Below, in pieces: positions 9,281-18,039 of a stretch of DNA of 42,612 bases (position 1 is the stretch's first letter; each line of letters starts with the position of its first letter). The position numbers and the translations under genes were made by a program. The notes beneath the pieces were generated by a model. The model was not told the origin of the DNA and did no database searches. It saw only the letters and a program-made list of their open reading frames with translations. The stretch is from the IMG/VR virus record IMGVR_UViG_3300034691_000069; one strand, written 5' to 3'. The stretch is from a virus (taxonomy: Duplodnaviria > Heunggongvirae > Uroviricota > Caudoviricetes).

Positions 9281-9599
9281 GATAATACCCAAACTTGTTC
9301 AACCACGCCTTCATTTCTACTGTATTGAACTCAGCACCAAACCATTTGATTTCTGCATTCCTGATTTTTGAGGACGCAATGGTATAGGAACCTGCAGGAC
9401 TTTCTGAGTTATAGAAGAAGCAAGGCTCTAATGGGCCTACGAAGTCTTCCCTTTCCCTCCAATCAGGTTCTTTGGGGTAAGGTGTTCCATCGGCTTGCAT
9501 ACGCTCAACCGGGCCACGCAGCATAACCCACGTCATGAAAGCGAACAGAGCCAAAATAAAAACCCCCACAACAGTAACAAAAATTTCATTGTTCGACAT
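9273..9599 (-). CDS. membrane-anchored protein, paralog of 8238-8543
   Basis: N-terminal TM segment; FVGPLEPC motif. Confidence 0.75.
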   Translation of the reverse strand: MSNNEIFVTVVGVFILALFAFMTWVMLRGPVERMQADGTPYPKEPDWREREDFVGPLEPCFFYNSESPAGSYTIASSKIRNAEIKWFGAEFNTVEMKAWLNKFGYYHA

Positions 9600-9657
9600 G
9601 GTTTTTAGCTCCTATTTTAGACAATTTTGTAAGCAACAAATGCCCCGGAGGGCACTG

Positions 9658-10062
9658 TTAGGTGGTTGATGTGTTTTTAATCGACAGGTATTGACCCAAG
9701 TAGCTGTAAATTCGTTCTTTCGCAATTGGGTTTTGAGAGTGAACGAAAAAATTGAAGTCTTTAGGCAGAAAGGATGGGTCATCCATATCTTTTTCAACCA
9801 ACCACTTTGCCAGATCAACGCCTTCAAGCTCACGCATAAGGTCATTATCGAAGGAAATGAAGTCAGGGCACCCATTACGTTCAATGTAGTCCTGAGCACC
9901 TTCTACCGTTGCAAACTTGATAATTTCAGTATCTGGTGAATAAGCGATCTTCTCGATCTCATCAGCACCGATCAACGGGTAGTAATAACGTGGATGGCGG
10001 ATCTTGTCGGGATGAAAAGCGTCATCATCCAAGAACAAGAAAATCTTTTTCTTTTCTGTCAT
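9658..10062 (-). CDS. cyclic-phosphate-processing receiver-like domain protein
   Basis: LFLDD...PDFISFDNDL...G-x-D-x-AKWL...VHSQNP motif set typical of this family. Confidence 0.75.
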   Translation of the reverse strand: MTEKKKIFLFLDDDAFHPDKIRHPRYYYPLIGADEIEKIAYSPDTEIIKFATVEGAQDYIERNGCPDFISFDNDLMRELEGVDLAKWLVEKDMDDPSFLPKDFNFFVHSQNPIAKERIYSYLGQYLSIKNTSTT

Positions 10063-10149
10063 GATAAATTCCTAATATACCTTTAGTTAAGGGATATAGT
10101 ATATCAAGTAAACAAGTTGATAGCAACTCGAAAGTTGCTATTTCATAGG

Positions 10150-10506
10150 TCAATCTGCGATGTGAATGTGATTTTTCCAGATTTCAAAGGATTGATCATA
10201 GGCACTAACCGTTGATTGCAACAGCAGATGATCCACCTCTGATTCAGGGTTGAGTGATTCGATATCCTCTTTCATTGCCTTGTAAGCATTTTCCAGAATA
10301 TCAAATTCAGCCCGACTGAGAATAATGACATTCTGAGTTTCGAGGTTGTAGAACTTTACGGAAATGTCAGTAAGTGTCAACATGCCATTCGTGAATTCTT
10401 CTGCGGTCATCTTACCTGTAAAGAAGCGAGAACGTAATTCTTTAACAATGAAGTCGAACATTTTTTGATAGAACGAAAAACTAGGTTGTTTAAATGAACT
10501 GTGCAT
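10150..10506 (-). CDS. hypothetical protein (118 aa)
   Basis: GGAG SD before MHSS. Confidence 0.75.
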   Translation of the reverse strand: MHSSFKQPSFSFYQKMFDFIVKELRSRFFTGKMTAEEFTNGMLTLTDISVKFYNLETQNVIILSRAEFDILENAYKAMKEDIESLNPESEVDHLLLQSTVSAYDQSFEIWKNHIHIAD

Positions 10507-10601
10507 AATGCCACTCCTATAAGTTGGCACTATCTTATCATAATTAATAATTTTACACAATGTAAAAAGCCCACCGAAGTGGGCCTTTTGTGTTCATCAA
10601 A

Positions 10602-11198
10602 TCAAGCGGTTTCAACTACGTCCATGTGGCGATCTGGCATGACAGTATTGATGTCAAGTTTGATATATTTCTGTGTCAGTTCTTCTTTTTCGATACGCCC
10701 ACAATCCCAGTATTGATTGCGAGTGATAATATCCATCAAGCTTTTCTTTTTAGGCTTTTCAAAGGTTTCAATGATCGGCTTGATATAAAAGTGAGTAGAG
10801 CTTTCACCAACAATCAAAAAAGGAATATCAAACAATTTCTCAGAATTCTTGCATACATCAACAGAAGTGATGTCACCAATCACGAAAGAATTGGTATGAA
10901 CAATCTCATAAAAACCAGCATGTTGATTTTTAGATTTCGCCATAAGACTACGAAGGTCGGATTGGTAGAAATTTTCATTGGGGATTCCAAAATAATAATT
11001 TCCAACAAAACCAATTTTGTAGTTTTCGTTGATTTTGTAACGGTCTTCTGTGATTGAATAGCAGGCTGAATAGCCAGTATCAAGGCGGCGGGCAAGTCCA
11101 ATTGGAAGATTAAACAAACGCGATGAATTATCAAGACGACTGTAAGAATCGAGGATAATGCGGATGTTGGACAGGTTCAGATCATTCATTTCGATCAT
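10602..11198 (-). CDS. hypothetical protein (198 aa)
   Basis: Long ORF in cassette context. Confidence 0.8.
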   Translation of the reverse strand: MIEMNDLNLSNIRIILDSYSRLDNSSRLFNLPIGLARRLDTGYSACYSITEDRYKINENYKIGFVGNYYFGIPNENFYQSDLRSLMAKSKNQHAGFYEIVHTNSFVIGDITSVDVCKNSEKLFDIPFLIVGESSTHFYIKPIIETFEKPKKKSLMDIITRNQYWDCGRIEKEELTQKYIKLDINTVMPDRHMDVVETA

Positions 11199-11260
11199 CT
11201 CATATGATGGTTGATGTGTTGATTATACAGAAGAATCAGATCTACCACAACGATTATTTC

Positions 11261-11560
11261 TTAATCGAATTTAACTTCCTTACACTGATAAACTTGTTTT
11301 ACACGGGTCACTGATTCTTTCGTCGGGTTAAAAGAACCTTGGTACCAGCGAGATTCTGCAGAAATTTGGCGACCTACAATAGCTTCTTCTTTCGGAACAA
11401 TGACATCAGCACAAGATTCACCGATGCTGTCACGAATATGCGACATAGGATTAAGAGAGAAACGCTCAATTTTGTTGCACACTTGAACTTTACAGATTTC
11501 ACCGGCTTGGACTTGAGCCGAAAGAGCAATCACAAAGAGAGCCGCTATAATTTTTTTCAA
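11261..11560 (-). CDS. secreted Cys-containing protein (TTG start)
   Basis: GAGGA SD; signal peptide ending in VQA; four Cys. Confidence 0.75.
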   Translation of the reverse strand: MKKIIAALFVIALSAQVQAGEICKVQVCNKIERFSLNPMSHIRDSIGESCADVIVPKEEAIVGRQISAESRWYQGSFNPTKESVTRVKQVYQCKEVKFD

Positions 11561-11650
11561 AATGTTTTCCTCAACTGGATGGAATATGGTTCTAACATGA
11601 AAACATATTATACCAAAGTTCTGTACGAAAATAAAGTTTTTTGAATAAAA

Positions 11651-11670
11651 AAAGAGGCCGAAGCCTCTTT
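11651..11670 (-). terminator. UUCG-loop terminator, copy 1 of 5
   Basis: AAGAGGC-TTCG-GCCTCTT plus T-run on the minus strand. Confidence 0.9.
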
Positions 11671-11687
11671 AAAAGAATGAATGGTAT

Positions 11688-12035
11688 TTACGAGAAAACA
11701 AAGTAAGCTTTATAGCTCTCGTTAAAACCGGGTTTATCGTATTTAACTTTCCAACCGGCTTTTTTATAATGAAGTTCAATATCAAGCCAGTTATTTTCAA
11801 AAATAGTGTGTCGTTCAAGAACACCAAGTTCAACAGAACCCAGTTCCAGAATTCGAGTAATAACATCTTCTTGCATCACAGTGGTAGAACCCTTGGTATT
11901 GGATTCAGTGATACATTCGTTAAATGCCTGAATAACAAAGTCAGGAAAGACTCGATCCGCTAGGTTTTTTTTAACTTGCTGTTTAGTGAGTGGTTGAACA
12001 GGTTCTTTCGGTGGAGTAATAGGAGCCATTATCAT
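11688..12035 (-). CDS. hypothetical protein
   Basis: GAGGA SD; TTTACA-17-TATAAT promoter. Confidence 0.8.
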   Translation of the reverse strand: MIMAPITPPKEPVQPLTKQQVKKNLADRVFPDFVIQAFNECITESNTKGSTTVMQEDVITRILELGSVELGVLERHTIFENNWLDIELHYKKAGWKVKYDKPGFNESYKAYFVFS

Positions 12036-12096
12036 TCCTCTTTGTTGGAGAGTTATTATAACAAATAAAAACAAACTTGTAAATATAAGTTGTTAA

Positions 12097-12396
12097 TTAA
12101 TCCACCATGACAAGATCATAATCTGAATAGTCCAATTCGTTCCAAATACCATCATCATAATAACAAAATGGCATAGGCATACCTTCAACTTGGATCAAAA
12201 CCCGTGGACGTGGATCATCTTCAACTTTGTAGCACAACGAAATCGTTTTAAAAGGTAACCCACAACGCAACTTGAACTCTTTACCAGCAAGGGCTTCCTG
12301 CAGTGAGAAATCACGCAATTTCTTTTGTTCAACGTCCATGACAGCAACTGGAATTGGGTTGAACAGGGCTGATAAGAGAGCGGCAACTTGTTTCAT
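12097..12396 (-). CDS. hypothetical protein (99 aa)
   Basis: AGGTGA SD. Confidence 0.75.
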   Translation of the reverse strand: MKQVAALLSALFNPIPVAVMDVEQKKLRDFSLQEALAGKEFKLRCGLPFKTISLCYKVEDDPRPRVLIQVEGMPMPFCYYDDGIWNELDYSDYDLVMVD

Positions 12397-12460
12397 GAAA
12401 TCACCTAAATGGCTGGCTTGAAGCTATATTATATCAAAAATCTGAAAAATGATCAATAAA

Positions 12461-12480
12461 AAAGAGGCCGAAGCCTCTTT
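12461..12480 (-). terminator. UUCG-loop terminator, copy 2 of 5
   Basis: Same 18-bp core. Confidence 0.9.
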
Positions 12481-12500
12481 ATATAATGAATAATTCGTCA

Positions 12501-13028
12501 TCAACTGCAAACAATGTCTGGCTTATGATGAACAGTTGCCATCAAATCAAGCAATGAATCACTCACTTGATATTTTTTGATGAGTTCGCAGCAACGAACA
12601 ATTTTTAGTTCCATGCGATGGTTGTTTATTTCGATATCCGCCGAATCTGAAGCAAACTCATTCGCTGGTCGAAGAACTGATTGTGATTGGATCTGCAACC
12701 TGATCATAGGCTGGCAGTAAGAATTGACATCAGGGATATAGGAAAAATCACCCACAACAACATCAATTTCATGAGCCAACTTATCATTCTTCTCTTTTTT
12801 GACAGCGTTAATAATCCGCATTAAGTTGAGACTAATGTAATGCCGTCTGGTATAAAAGTTGAAGATGGTTTCCCGATATTGGGGAACTTTTGGATAACTG
12901 ATAGCTGGTTGATAAGGCGTATTCAACCCATCAATAATATGACTGACCAGTTGCTGTTTAATGCGTTGTTCTTTTCCCCTACGAGCCAAGTCAGCTAGGT
13001 TATAACGAACAGTTTGAAGTACGGTCAT
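12501..13028 (-). CDS. hypothetical protein (175 aa)
   Basis: GGAGG SD before MTVL. Confidence 0.8.
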   Translation of the reverse strand: MTVLQTVRYNLADLARRGKEQRIKQQLVSHIIDGLNTPYQPAISYPKVPQYRETIFNFYTRRHYISLNLMRIINAVKKEKNDKLAHEIDVVVGDFSYIPDVNSYCQPMIRLQIQSQSVLRPANEFASDSADIEINNHRMELKIVRCCELIKKYQVSDSLLDLMATVHHKPDIVCS

Positions 13029-13080
13029 AAAGCCTCCCATGTCGCAAATGATGAGGCATTATAACACAAAAAAAAATGAA

Positions 13081-13347
13081 TTACCAAATAATCTTAATTG
13101 AAGAATCAATAGAGATTTGTGCCTTGGAATAACCGTTAGCAAACATCCAATCTTCGACATCAACCGAAAGAAACCGGGGCGGAAATTGAATGTCTTTGCT
13201 CGTATGGACAGTTCGAGCCACAAGATGATGAGTACCACCTACTTGCGACTGATAAACTTCACAAGGCTGATAAGGCCCATGAAACAAATGAGATTTGAAA
13301 GGTTTTGGTTCGGGTTTTTTGTGACCGATTCCGAAAATAGAGAGCAT
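13081..13347 (-). CDS. hypothetical protein (88 aa)
   Basis: AGGAG SD; follows tdk. Confidence 0.75.
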   Translation of the reverse strand: MLSIFGIGHKKPEPKPFKSHLFHGPYQPCEVYQSQVGGTHHLVARTVHTSKDIQFPPRFLSVDVEDWMFANGYSKAQISIDSSIKIIW

Positions 13348-13375
13348 GTTTTTTACTCCTGTTTAATTTAATGAT

Positions 13376-13984
13376 TTATGCAACTGATGGCTTAAACATC
13401 AAACCAAGTTTCCAGTGTTTACGGCAAACGGAGCGGTATTTGCTTTCAGCACCCACTTCAACGTCACCGCCATCACGAATAACTTCGCCGGTTTCTGAAT
13501 TGAATTTCAAGGTCATACGAGCTTTGCAACCACACCAGCACACTTGGTCAAGACTTTCGATAATGTCGGCCAATTCCATCAAGCGTTTCGAGGCTGGAAA
13601 CAGTTCGCCTTTAAAGCTGTTTTTCAGGCCGTAGCAAATAACGGGAATATTGAGCACATCAACAACATCTGAGAGTTGGTCGATTTGTGCAGCCGTATAG
13701 AATTGGGATTCATCACAAAGGACACATGCAACGTCTTTGCCTGCTTCAACTTTTGCCGAAACAATGTCGAACACGTTAACGTCTTCGTTAATCGAAATGC
13801 TTGGAGCTTGAATGCTGGCCCCTGCAATGCGAGAAGCAATAACGTCTTCGCCAAAACGGTTGTCGATTTTATGAGAGAATAGGACGGTATCACGGCCTTC
13901 GGAAACGTAGTTGTGATTCACTTGCAACAGAGCAAGGCTCTTGCCAGAGTTCATAACGGCGTGTCGGAAATAAAGTTTAGCCAT
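13376..13984 (-). CDS. tdk: thymidine kinase (type II)
   Basis: MAKLYF-x3-MNSGKS P-loop, DESQF motif, YGL, C-x-CG and Y-x-SVCRKHW zinc motifs. Confidence 0.95.
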   Translation of the reverse strand: MAKLYFRHAVMNSGKSLALLQVNHNYVSEGRDTVLFSHKIDNRFGEDVIASRIAGASIQAPSISINEDVNVFDIVSAKVEAGKDVACVLCDESQFYTAAQIDQLSDVVDVLNIPVICYGLKNSFKGELFPASKRLMELADIIESLDQVCWCGCKARMTLKFNSETGEVIRDGGDVEVGAESKYRSVCRKHWKLGLMFKPSVA

Positions 13985-14084
13985 GACAAAATCTTCCTAA
14001 TTCGTTTCGATGGAATGATTATACCATGATGAGAACGAAAAAAGAAGATATTTTTAGGAAGTATTGAGTAAAAATAAGGTTTTT

Positions 14085-14297
14085 CTAACCTTTGTAGTCG
14101 GTGTTCTTGTAGCAGTAGAGCTGAAATTTTGACAGTTCACGAATTTCTTCGTTTTTCTCTGCAATCGTTTCCCGCAATCGTTTGATTTCAGCCAACCAGC
14201 GAGCATTGTCAGCTTCGACCGATTGAAGACGAACACGGTCATCTTCAAGCGACTTGATGTAAGCTGGGGTTTTGATGTATGGAACTTCTTTGCTCAT
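14085..14297 (-). CDS. hypothetical coiled-coil protein (70 aa)
   Basis: AAGGAG SD before MSKE. Confidence 0.7.
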   Translation of the reverse strand: MSKEVPYIKTPAYIKSLEDDRVRLQSVEADNARWLAEIKRLRETIAEKNEEIRELSKFQLYCYKNTDYKG

Positions 14298-14310
14298 GTC
14301 GAAAGGCTCC

Positions 14311-14577
14311 TTATTCGTTGGCCGGTTGTTGATGTTTTTCACACGTTTTAAAAGGCAAGCCAGTTGTATAAAGATAACGACCTTCTTTGTCACCATACCC
14401 TTTACAGGCAATATCACACAGAAAGAATTTTGCCACACAACCACAATCAAGAGCAACAATGCGGTAATAATTCATCACAGAATTACTGACACGACCTGTT
14501 TCCAGATAATGAATGCTATTTTCATCAATCACCTGAACTTTATCAAGAAGATGTGGATAGTTCATCATTGTCACCAT
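14311..14577 (-). CDS. hypothetical Cys-containing protein
   Basis: ORF in cassette context. Confidence 0.7.
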   Translation of the reverse strand: MVTMMNYPHLLDKVQVIDENSIHYLETGRVSNSVMNYYRIVALDCGCVAKFFLCDIACKGYGDKEGRYLYTTGLPFKTCEKHQQPANE

Positions 14578-14707
14578 TAACGAATATTTTCAATGTGATT
14601 ATTTTATCAAAAACAACCTAAATACACAACCTTTTTTTGATAAATATCAATTTTAAGTCATAAAAAATGCCCGGAAGGGCACGTTTTATTCAATGTTGAT
14701 GGAACCT

Positions 14708-14902
14708 TTAAATTGCCATATCTTCGGCCAAGTCCCAATCACTGACTTCACGACTGACGATACAGAATTCGGTCTGACTGCCCCGGTTAGCCAGATGGTA
14801 GCCCATCCAGTCTTCTGCTTCTTCTTTGGTCAAACCATCACAGATAATGCCAGATGGGTCTGCAAGGTTTCGCGTATTTCGTGCAATGCCATATTCAGTC
14901 AT
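14708..14902 (-). CDS. hypothetical protein (64 aa)
   Basis: AGGTGA SD. Confidence 0.75.
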   Translation of the reverse strand: MTEYGIARNTRNLADPSGIICDGLTKEEAEDWMGYHLANRGSQTEFCIVSREVSDWDLAEDMAI

Positions 14903-14944
14903 GTATTCACCTATTTTACCAAAAAAATATTTTACAAGGACAAT

Positions 14945-15181
14945 TCAGATCTGCAGCAGTTTTTTCATGCCCTCACGTATTTCTTCTTTACCTTGTTCCC
15001 GGCCATGCTCAAACATAACAGTCAAGGCTGTTTTCAAGATAGATGCTTCATCGCAGGCAATGGCCGAAAAATCAAAAAGATGACCATTAAAGCTAACCCG
15101 AGAATCTTGGTGTTCAACTTCAAAGCCAAGTTTGGTCAGCAGTTCGCATTTTTTATTGATTTCTTCATAATTACGACGCAT
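14945..15181 (-). CDS. hypothetical protein (78 aa)
   Basis: AAGGA SD; own promoter. Confidence 0.75.
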   Translation of the reverse strand: MRRNYEEINKKCELLTKLGFEVEHQDSRVSFNGHLFDFSAIACDEASILKTALTVMFEHGREQGKEEIREGMKKLLQI

Positions 15182-15247
15182 GGAAATATCCTTTCTGAGT
15201 TGATAGACTATTATACCAAAATTGAGTTTTTAAAACCATCTTTTTCT

Positions 15248-15958
15248 TTAGGTATAACGAAATTGAACTTGTTCTGTCTCTTTGTTGAACGAATGCCTTA
15301 CAACATAGGGCATATTTTTGGTGTCGTCTTTGAAAATGGAACGAAGATCTTGTTGAAGTGCTTTCACTTGGTCATGAAGGCGTTCGACTTCTTTTTGAAC
15401 TTCGGCTGACTTGCCTTTACCTTTCAACGCATAGTATTGATTGCGTTTAATTCTCAATGATTCATTCAACTTGTCCAGTTGCAACTTCAGGGCATCTACT
15501 TTTTCAAGATACGGTGCCTTAAATTGACGAATATCAGAATCGTTAAGTTTAGAACTTTGAAGGATATTGAAAGTCTTAACAAAATGATCAATCGTTGGGT
15601 TTTCCAAAAACTCGGTGAGAAGTGTTTTAGCGGTAGAAACATCAATCTCGGCTGAGTAGTCAACCCGGTGTTGAATGCCCACACCAGCCCGCACAACAGG
15701 CGTCTCACGGTCAGTGTAGCTGAACGCCAGTGAGATAGTGTTAACAAAGCGTTTATGGCTTCCCAAGTCATGGTAGATGCCACCAGTGCCCAAGATAGCA
15801 ATATAATCAAACGTGACAGGTTTTGATTTATACATTGTCGAGCCTACAAAAGTAGTGCCACCTTTTTTGCCATTTAATTCAATAAGCGTAAAACCTTGAA
15901 GATTCTTAAACAGAGTCAACAAAGGTTTCAAGACTTGCATGGGGGTGGTGTTTTTCAT
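15248..15958 (-). CDS. hypothetical protein, paralog of 41061-41804
   Basis: Shared N-terminus KN-x-TPM-x-x-LKP, ELNGK and VTFD motifs. Confidence 0.8.
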   Translation of the reverse strand: MKNTTPMQVLKPLLTLFKNLQGFTLIELNGKKGGTTFVGSTMYKSKPVTFDYIAILGTGGIYHDLGSHKRFVNTISLAFSYTDRETPVVRAGVGIQHRVDYSAEIDVSTAKTLLTEFLENPTIDHFVKTFNILQSSKLNDSDIRQFKAPYLEKVDALKLQLDKLNESLRIKRNQYYALKGKGKSAEVQKEVERLHDQVKALQQDLRSIFKDDTKNMPYVVRHSFNKETEQVQFRYT

Positions 15959-16039
15959 GGCAATGACCCTGTATGGAATAGCGTTATTATACCAAAGAAA
16001 AGACAAGAAATAAACTCATTTTTGAATCAAAAGAAATAA

Positions 16040-16064
16040 AAAACCCCGAGTTAACGGGGCTTTT
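16040..16064 (-). terminator. terminator closing the peptide/tRNA/minigene transcript
   Basis: GCCCCG-TTAACT-CGGGGT plus T-run. Confidence 0.85.
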
Positions 16065-16107
16065 CTTTATACTAATATTAAGTTTAAATTCTCAATTTTA
16101 TTTGAAT

Positions 16108-16119
16108 TTAGAACTGCAT
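16108..16119 (-). CDS. minigene M-Q-F-stop
   Basis: GTGCCAGAGGTGA-ACTACCG-ATG CAG TTC TAA: strong SD, 7-nt spacer. Confidence 0.6.
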   Translation of the reverse strand: MQF

Positions 16120-16216
16120 CGGTAGTTCACCTCTGGCACTTACTTTAATAGGAACTAAGGGTTAGTCGGCATTCAACAATCATTATACTAGATTCAATTA
16201 TAGATTAAATTAAGTG

Positions 16217-16228
16217 TTAATGCTGCAT
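16217..16228 (-). CDS. minigene M-Q-H-stop
   Basis: GTGCCAGAGGTGA-GCCAATA-ATG CAG CAT TAA: same leader and spacing. Confidence 0.6.
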   Translation of the reverse strand: MQH

Positions 16229-16286
16229 TATTGGCTCACCTCTGGCACACTCATTAAGTAAAAAGTGGTTAATGTTATTTTTAATC

Positions 16287-16371
16287 TGGTGCCCGGTGCC
16301 GGACTCGAACCGGCACTCCTTGCGGAAAGGGATTTTAAGTCCCTCGTGTCTACCAATTTCACCAACCGGGC
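16287..16371 (-). tRNA. tRNA-Leu(UAA), CCA encoded
   Basis: GCCCGGT/ACCGGGC acceptor; AGGGA-CT-TAA-AA-TCCCT anticodon arm; long variable arm; TTCGAGT T-loop. Confidence 0.97.
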
Positions 16372-16377
16372 GTGGTT

Positions 16378-16509
16378 TTATTCTGCGTCTGGATGACGCT
16401 GACGACGCTGGTCACGCATTTGACGGCTGGCTTTGTTATCGCCACGTTTGGAGTTATCTTTCTGCTTGCCTGCAAACTTTTCCATCATGTCGCGGTGAGA
16501 ACCTTGCAT
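16378..16509 (-). CDS. 43-aa basic peptide, family copy 1 (MQGSHRDMMEKFAGKQKDNSKRGDNKASRQMRDQRRQRHPDAE)
   Basis: Translated by hand; AAGGA SD; homologous to 35854 and 39771. Confidence 0.85.
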   Translation of the reverse strand: MQGSHRDMMEKFAGKQKDNSKRGDNKASRQMRDQRRQRHPDAE

Positions 16510-16546
16510 TTTGTATTTCCTTGTGTTGTTTCGTTTTGATGGGTTC

Positions 16547-16575
16547 ATTATATGGAAAAAGTGGGTAGCTGTAAA
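16547..16575 (-). promoter_or_regulatory. sigma70 promoter TTTACA-17-TATAAT for the peptide and tRNA-Leu(UAA)
   Basis: Near-consensus elements followed by a CATCAAAACGAA leader. Confidence 0.85.
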
Positions 16576-16672
16576 GCATTATTTTCGTTTTTTTCTTAAA
16601 AAAAATCCTAAATTTTTGTGTTTATCTTATTGATTTTTAACAAGAAAAAAAAAGGGCCATTCGGCCCTTTTC

Positions 16673-17260
16673 TTAATCATCACTTTCAGTTTCTTCGGCG
16701 TCATAGCATTCGCAATGAGCAACGTAATGTTCAAACAACGCTTCGATGGTTGGAAACTCCTTAGAAGTCATATAACGGCCAGTAAGCTCAATGGTTTTGT
16801 TGGCAGTAAAAACAATGTAATAATCCTGACAGAAAACACGGAACTTTTTGTTACCATGACTGTCCATAGGCTTATAAAGTTCAACCAGTTTTTTGAGTGA
16901 TTCGATGGATTGCTCATTTCTTTCTGCGTCATGCTTAAAGATGAAAACATCACTTGACTTTTGTTCGCTGAATGGGTTATACCCACTCATATACAAACCA
17001 AGAGAGCGAATGAACTTTTCGGCTGCTCGATAACGAATTTCATCGGTGCCGTGACCTTTTTCTTCCATCAAGAAGTCAAAACGCTCCTGTTCAGACTGTT
17101 CCAACAGAAGTGTTGCTTTCGTGATATCTTCTTTGATCAGAGTCATTTCAGCATACAAAACAGATGCTTTCTCTTGAAGTGGCTTAATCTGAGCAAAGAT
17201 CTTAGAACGTTCGTCTTCGATATTTTTCAGTTTTTGAGCTAGTTCTTCAATGACAGACAT
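16673..17260 (-). CDS. hypothetical protein with an N-terminal coiled coil (195 aa)
   Basis: GAGGA SD; cassette context. Confidence 0.8.
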   Translation of the reverse strand: MSVIEELAQKLKNIEDERSKIFAQIKPLQEKASVLYAEMTLIKEDITKATLLLEQSEQERFDFLMEEKGHGTDEIRYRAAEKFIRSLGLYMSGYNPFSEQKSSDVFIFKHDAERNEQSIESLKKLVELYKPMDSHGNKKFRVFCQDYYIVFTANKTIELTGRYMTSKEFPTIEALFEHYVAHCECYDAEETESDD

Positions 17261-17334
17261 GTCGAATCCTCGTTTGATTTCAGCAATTATACATTAATAA
17301 TGAGGATAATGTAAAGAAAATCTAGTTTTTGAAG

Positions 17335-17943
17335 CTAGATTTTTTGAGTGCTATCAATATAGTTCAAATAAGTATCAACTTTCTTTTGAACTGTCGCAAT
17401 CGACTGGGTAAAATCTTTGTGGTGTTCATCACGTTGCAAACAATGCTTAGGGAAGGTCATTGTCACATTCAAACCGATAGCTTCACCAGCAATACCACCC
17501 GCCCAGTCAGCACCTGTTTGACCACCTGAGATAAGGTTAGTCAGCGGCCAGAACTCATGGACTTTGGAAATAACCATATAAACCCACTGGTTCAAGGATA
17601 CTTGGAACTCGTTAATGATTGAACCTTCATCCAAATATTCGAATTTTTGTTTATCCGACAGTTGACCCTGTGACCATTCTCCCGAAAGGGAATAGATACC
17701 ATTCCCCGCTACGTTCAAGGTGGATACATTGTGTTTTTTGCAGGCAGCATAGAGCATACGAGCTGCAACAAGGGGATCTGTGCTCAAATGGATGGCAACA
17801 TAACGATCACCAGCTTCACGCTTGGTAAGTTTTTCACCTGCCGAGCTAAAGTCTTCTGCGAAAGCGACCGTAAGATCTGCAGTATGAGCATTGTGTACAG
17901 TTCTTGGCTTATACTGTGTAGATTCATGTTCGACAATTTTCAT
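17335..17943 (-). CDS. SLOG-superfamily (YpsA/MoCo-carrier/DprA-like) protein
   Basis: RT-x-x-NA-x-x-ADLT, LNVAGN and ISGGQTGAD motifs. Confidence 0.8.
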   Translation of the reverse strand: MKIVEHESTQYKPRTVHNAHTADLTVAFAEDFSSAGEKLTKREAGDRYVAIHLSTDPLVAARMLYAACKKHNVSTLNVAGNGIYSLSGEWSQGQLSDKQKFEYLDEGSIINEFQVSLNQWVYMVISKVHEFWPLTNLISGGQTGADWAGGIAGEAIGLNVTMTFPKHCLQRDEHHKDFTQSIATVQKKVDTYLNYIDSTQKI

Positions 17944-18009
17944 AAAAGCACCCCTTTTTGAATAAGGACATTATACTACAAAAAAGGTAAAATAGGAAAT
18001 GAAAAGCAT

Positions 18010-18033
18010 AAAAAAACCACCCGAAGGTGGTCT
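18010..18033 (-). terminator. UUCG terminator of the tRNA/ncRNA operon
   Basis: GACCACC-TTCG-GGTGGTT plus T-run, about 7 nt after the ncRNA CCA. Confidence 0.85.
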
Positions 18034-18039
18034 TGTGTT

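Noticed and set aside
14693-15409. Long plus-strand ORFs (also 3432-4082, 10590-11057, 40181-40639)
   Set aside because: Antisense shadows of minus-strand genes that have SD, promoter and terminator support; no SD or protein-like features of their own
15880-15905. QGFTLIEL prepilin-like motif in gene 15248-15958
   Set aside because: It is followed by NGKKGG rather than a hydrophobic helix, and the paralog has AFISYLEL at this position, so it is a coincidence
16183-16201. Two TATAAT hexamers between the minigenes as a firm internal promoter
   Set aside because: No acceptable -35 at 16-18 nt; left unresolved and not listed as a feature
16127-16248. TCACCTCTGGCAC repeat as a lambda-like operator, att core or riboswitch
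   Set aside because: It lacks dyad symmetry and a conserved fold, and no integrase is present; an SD plus fixed-distance ATG and stop explains it better
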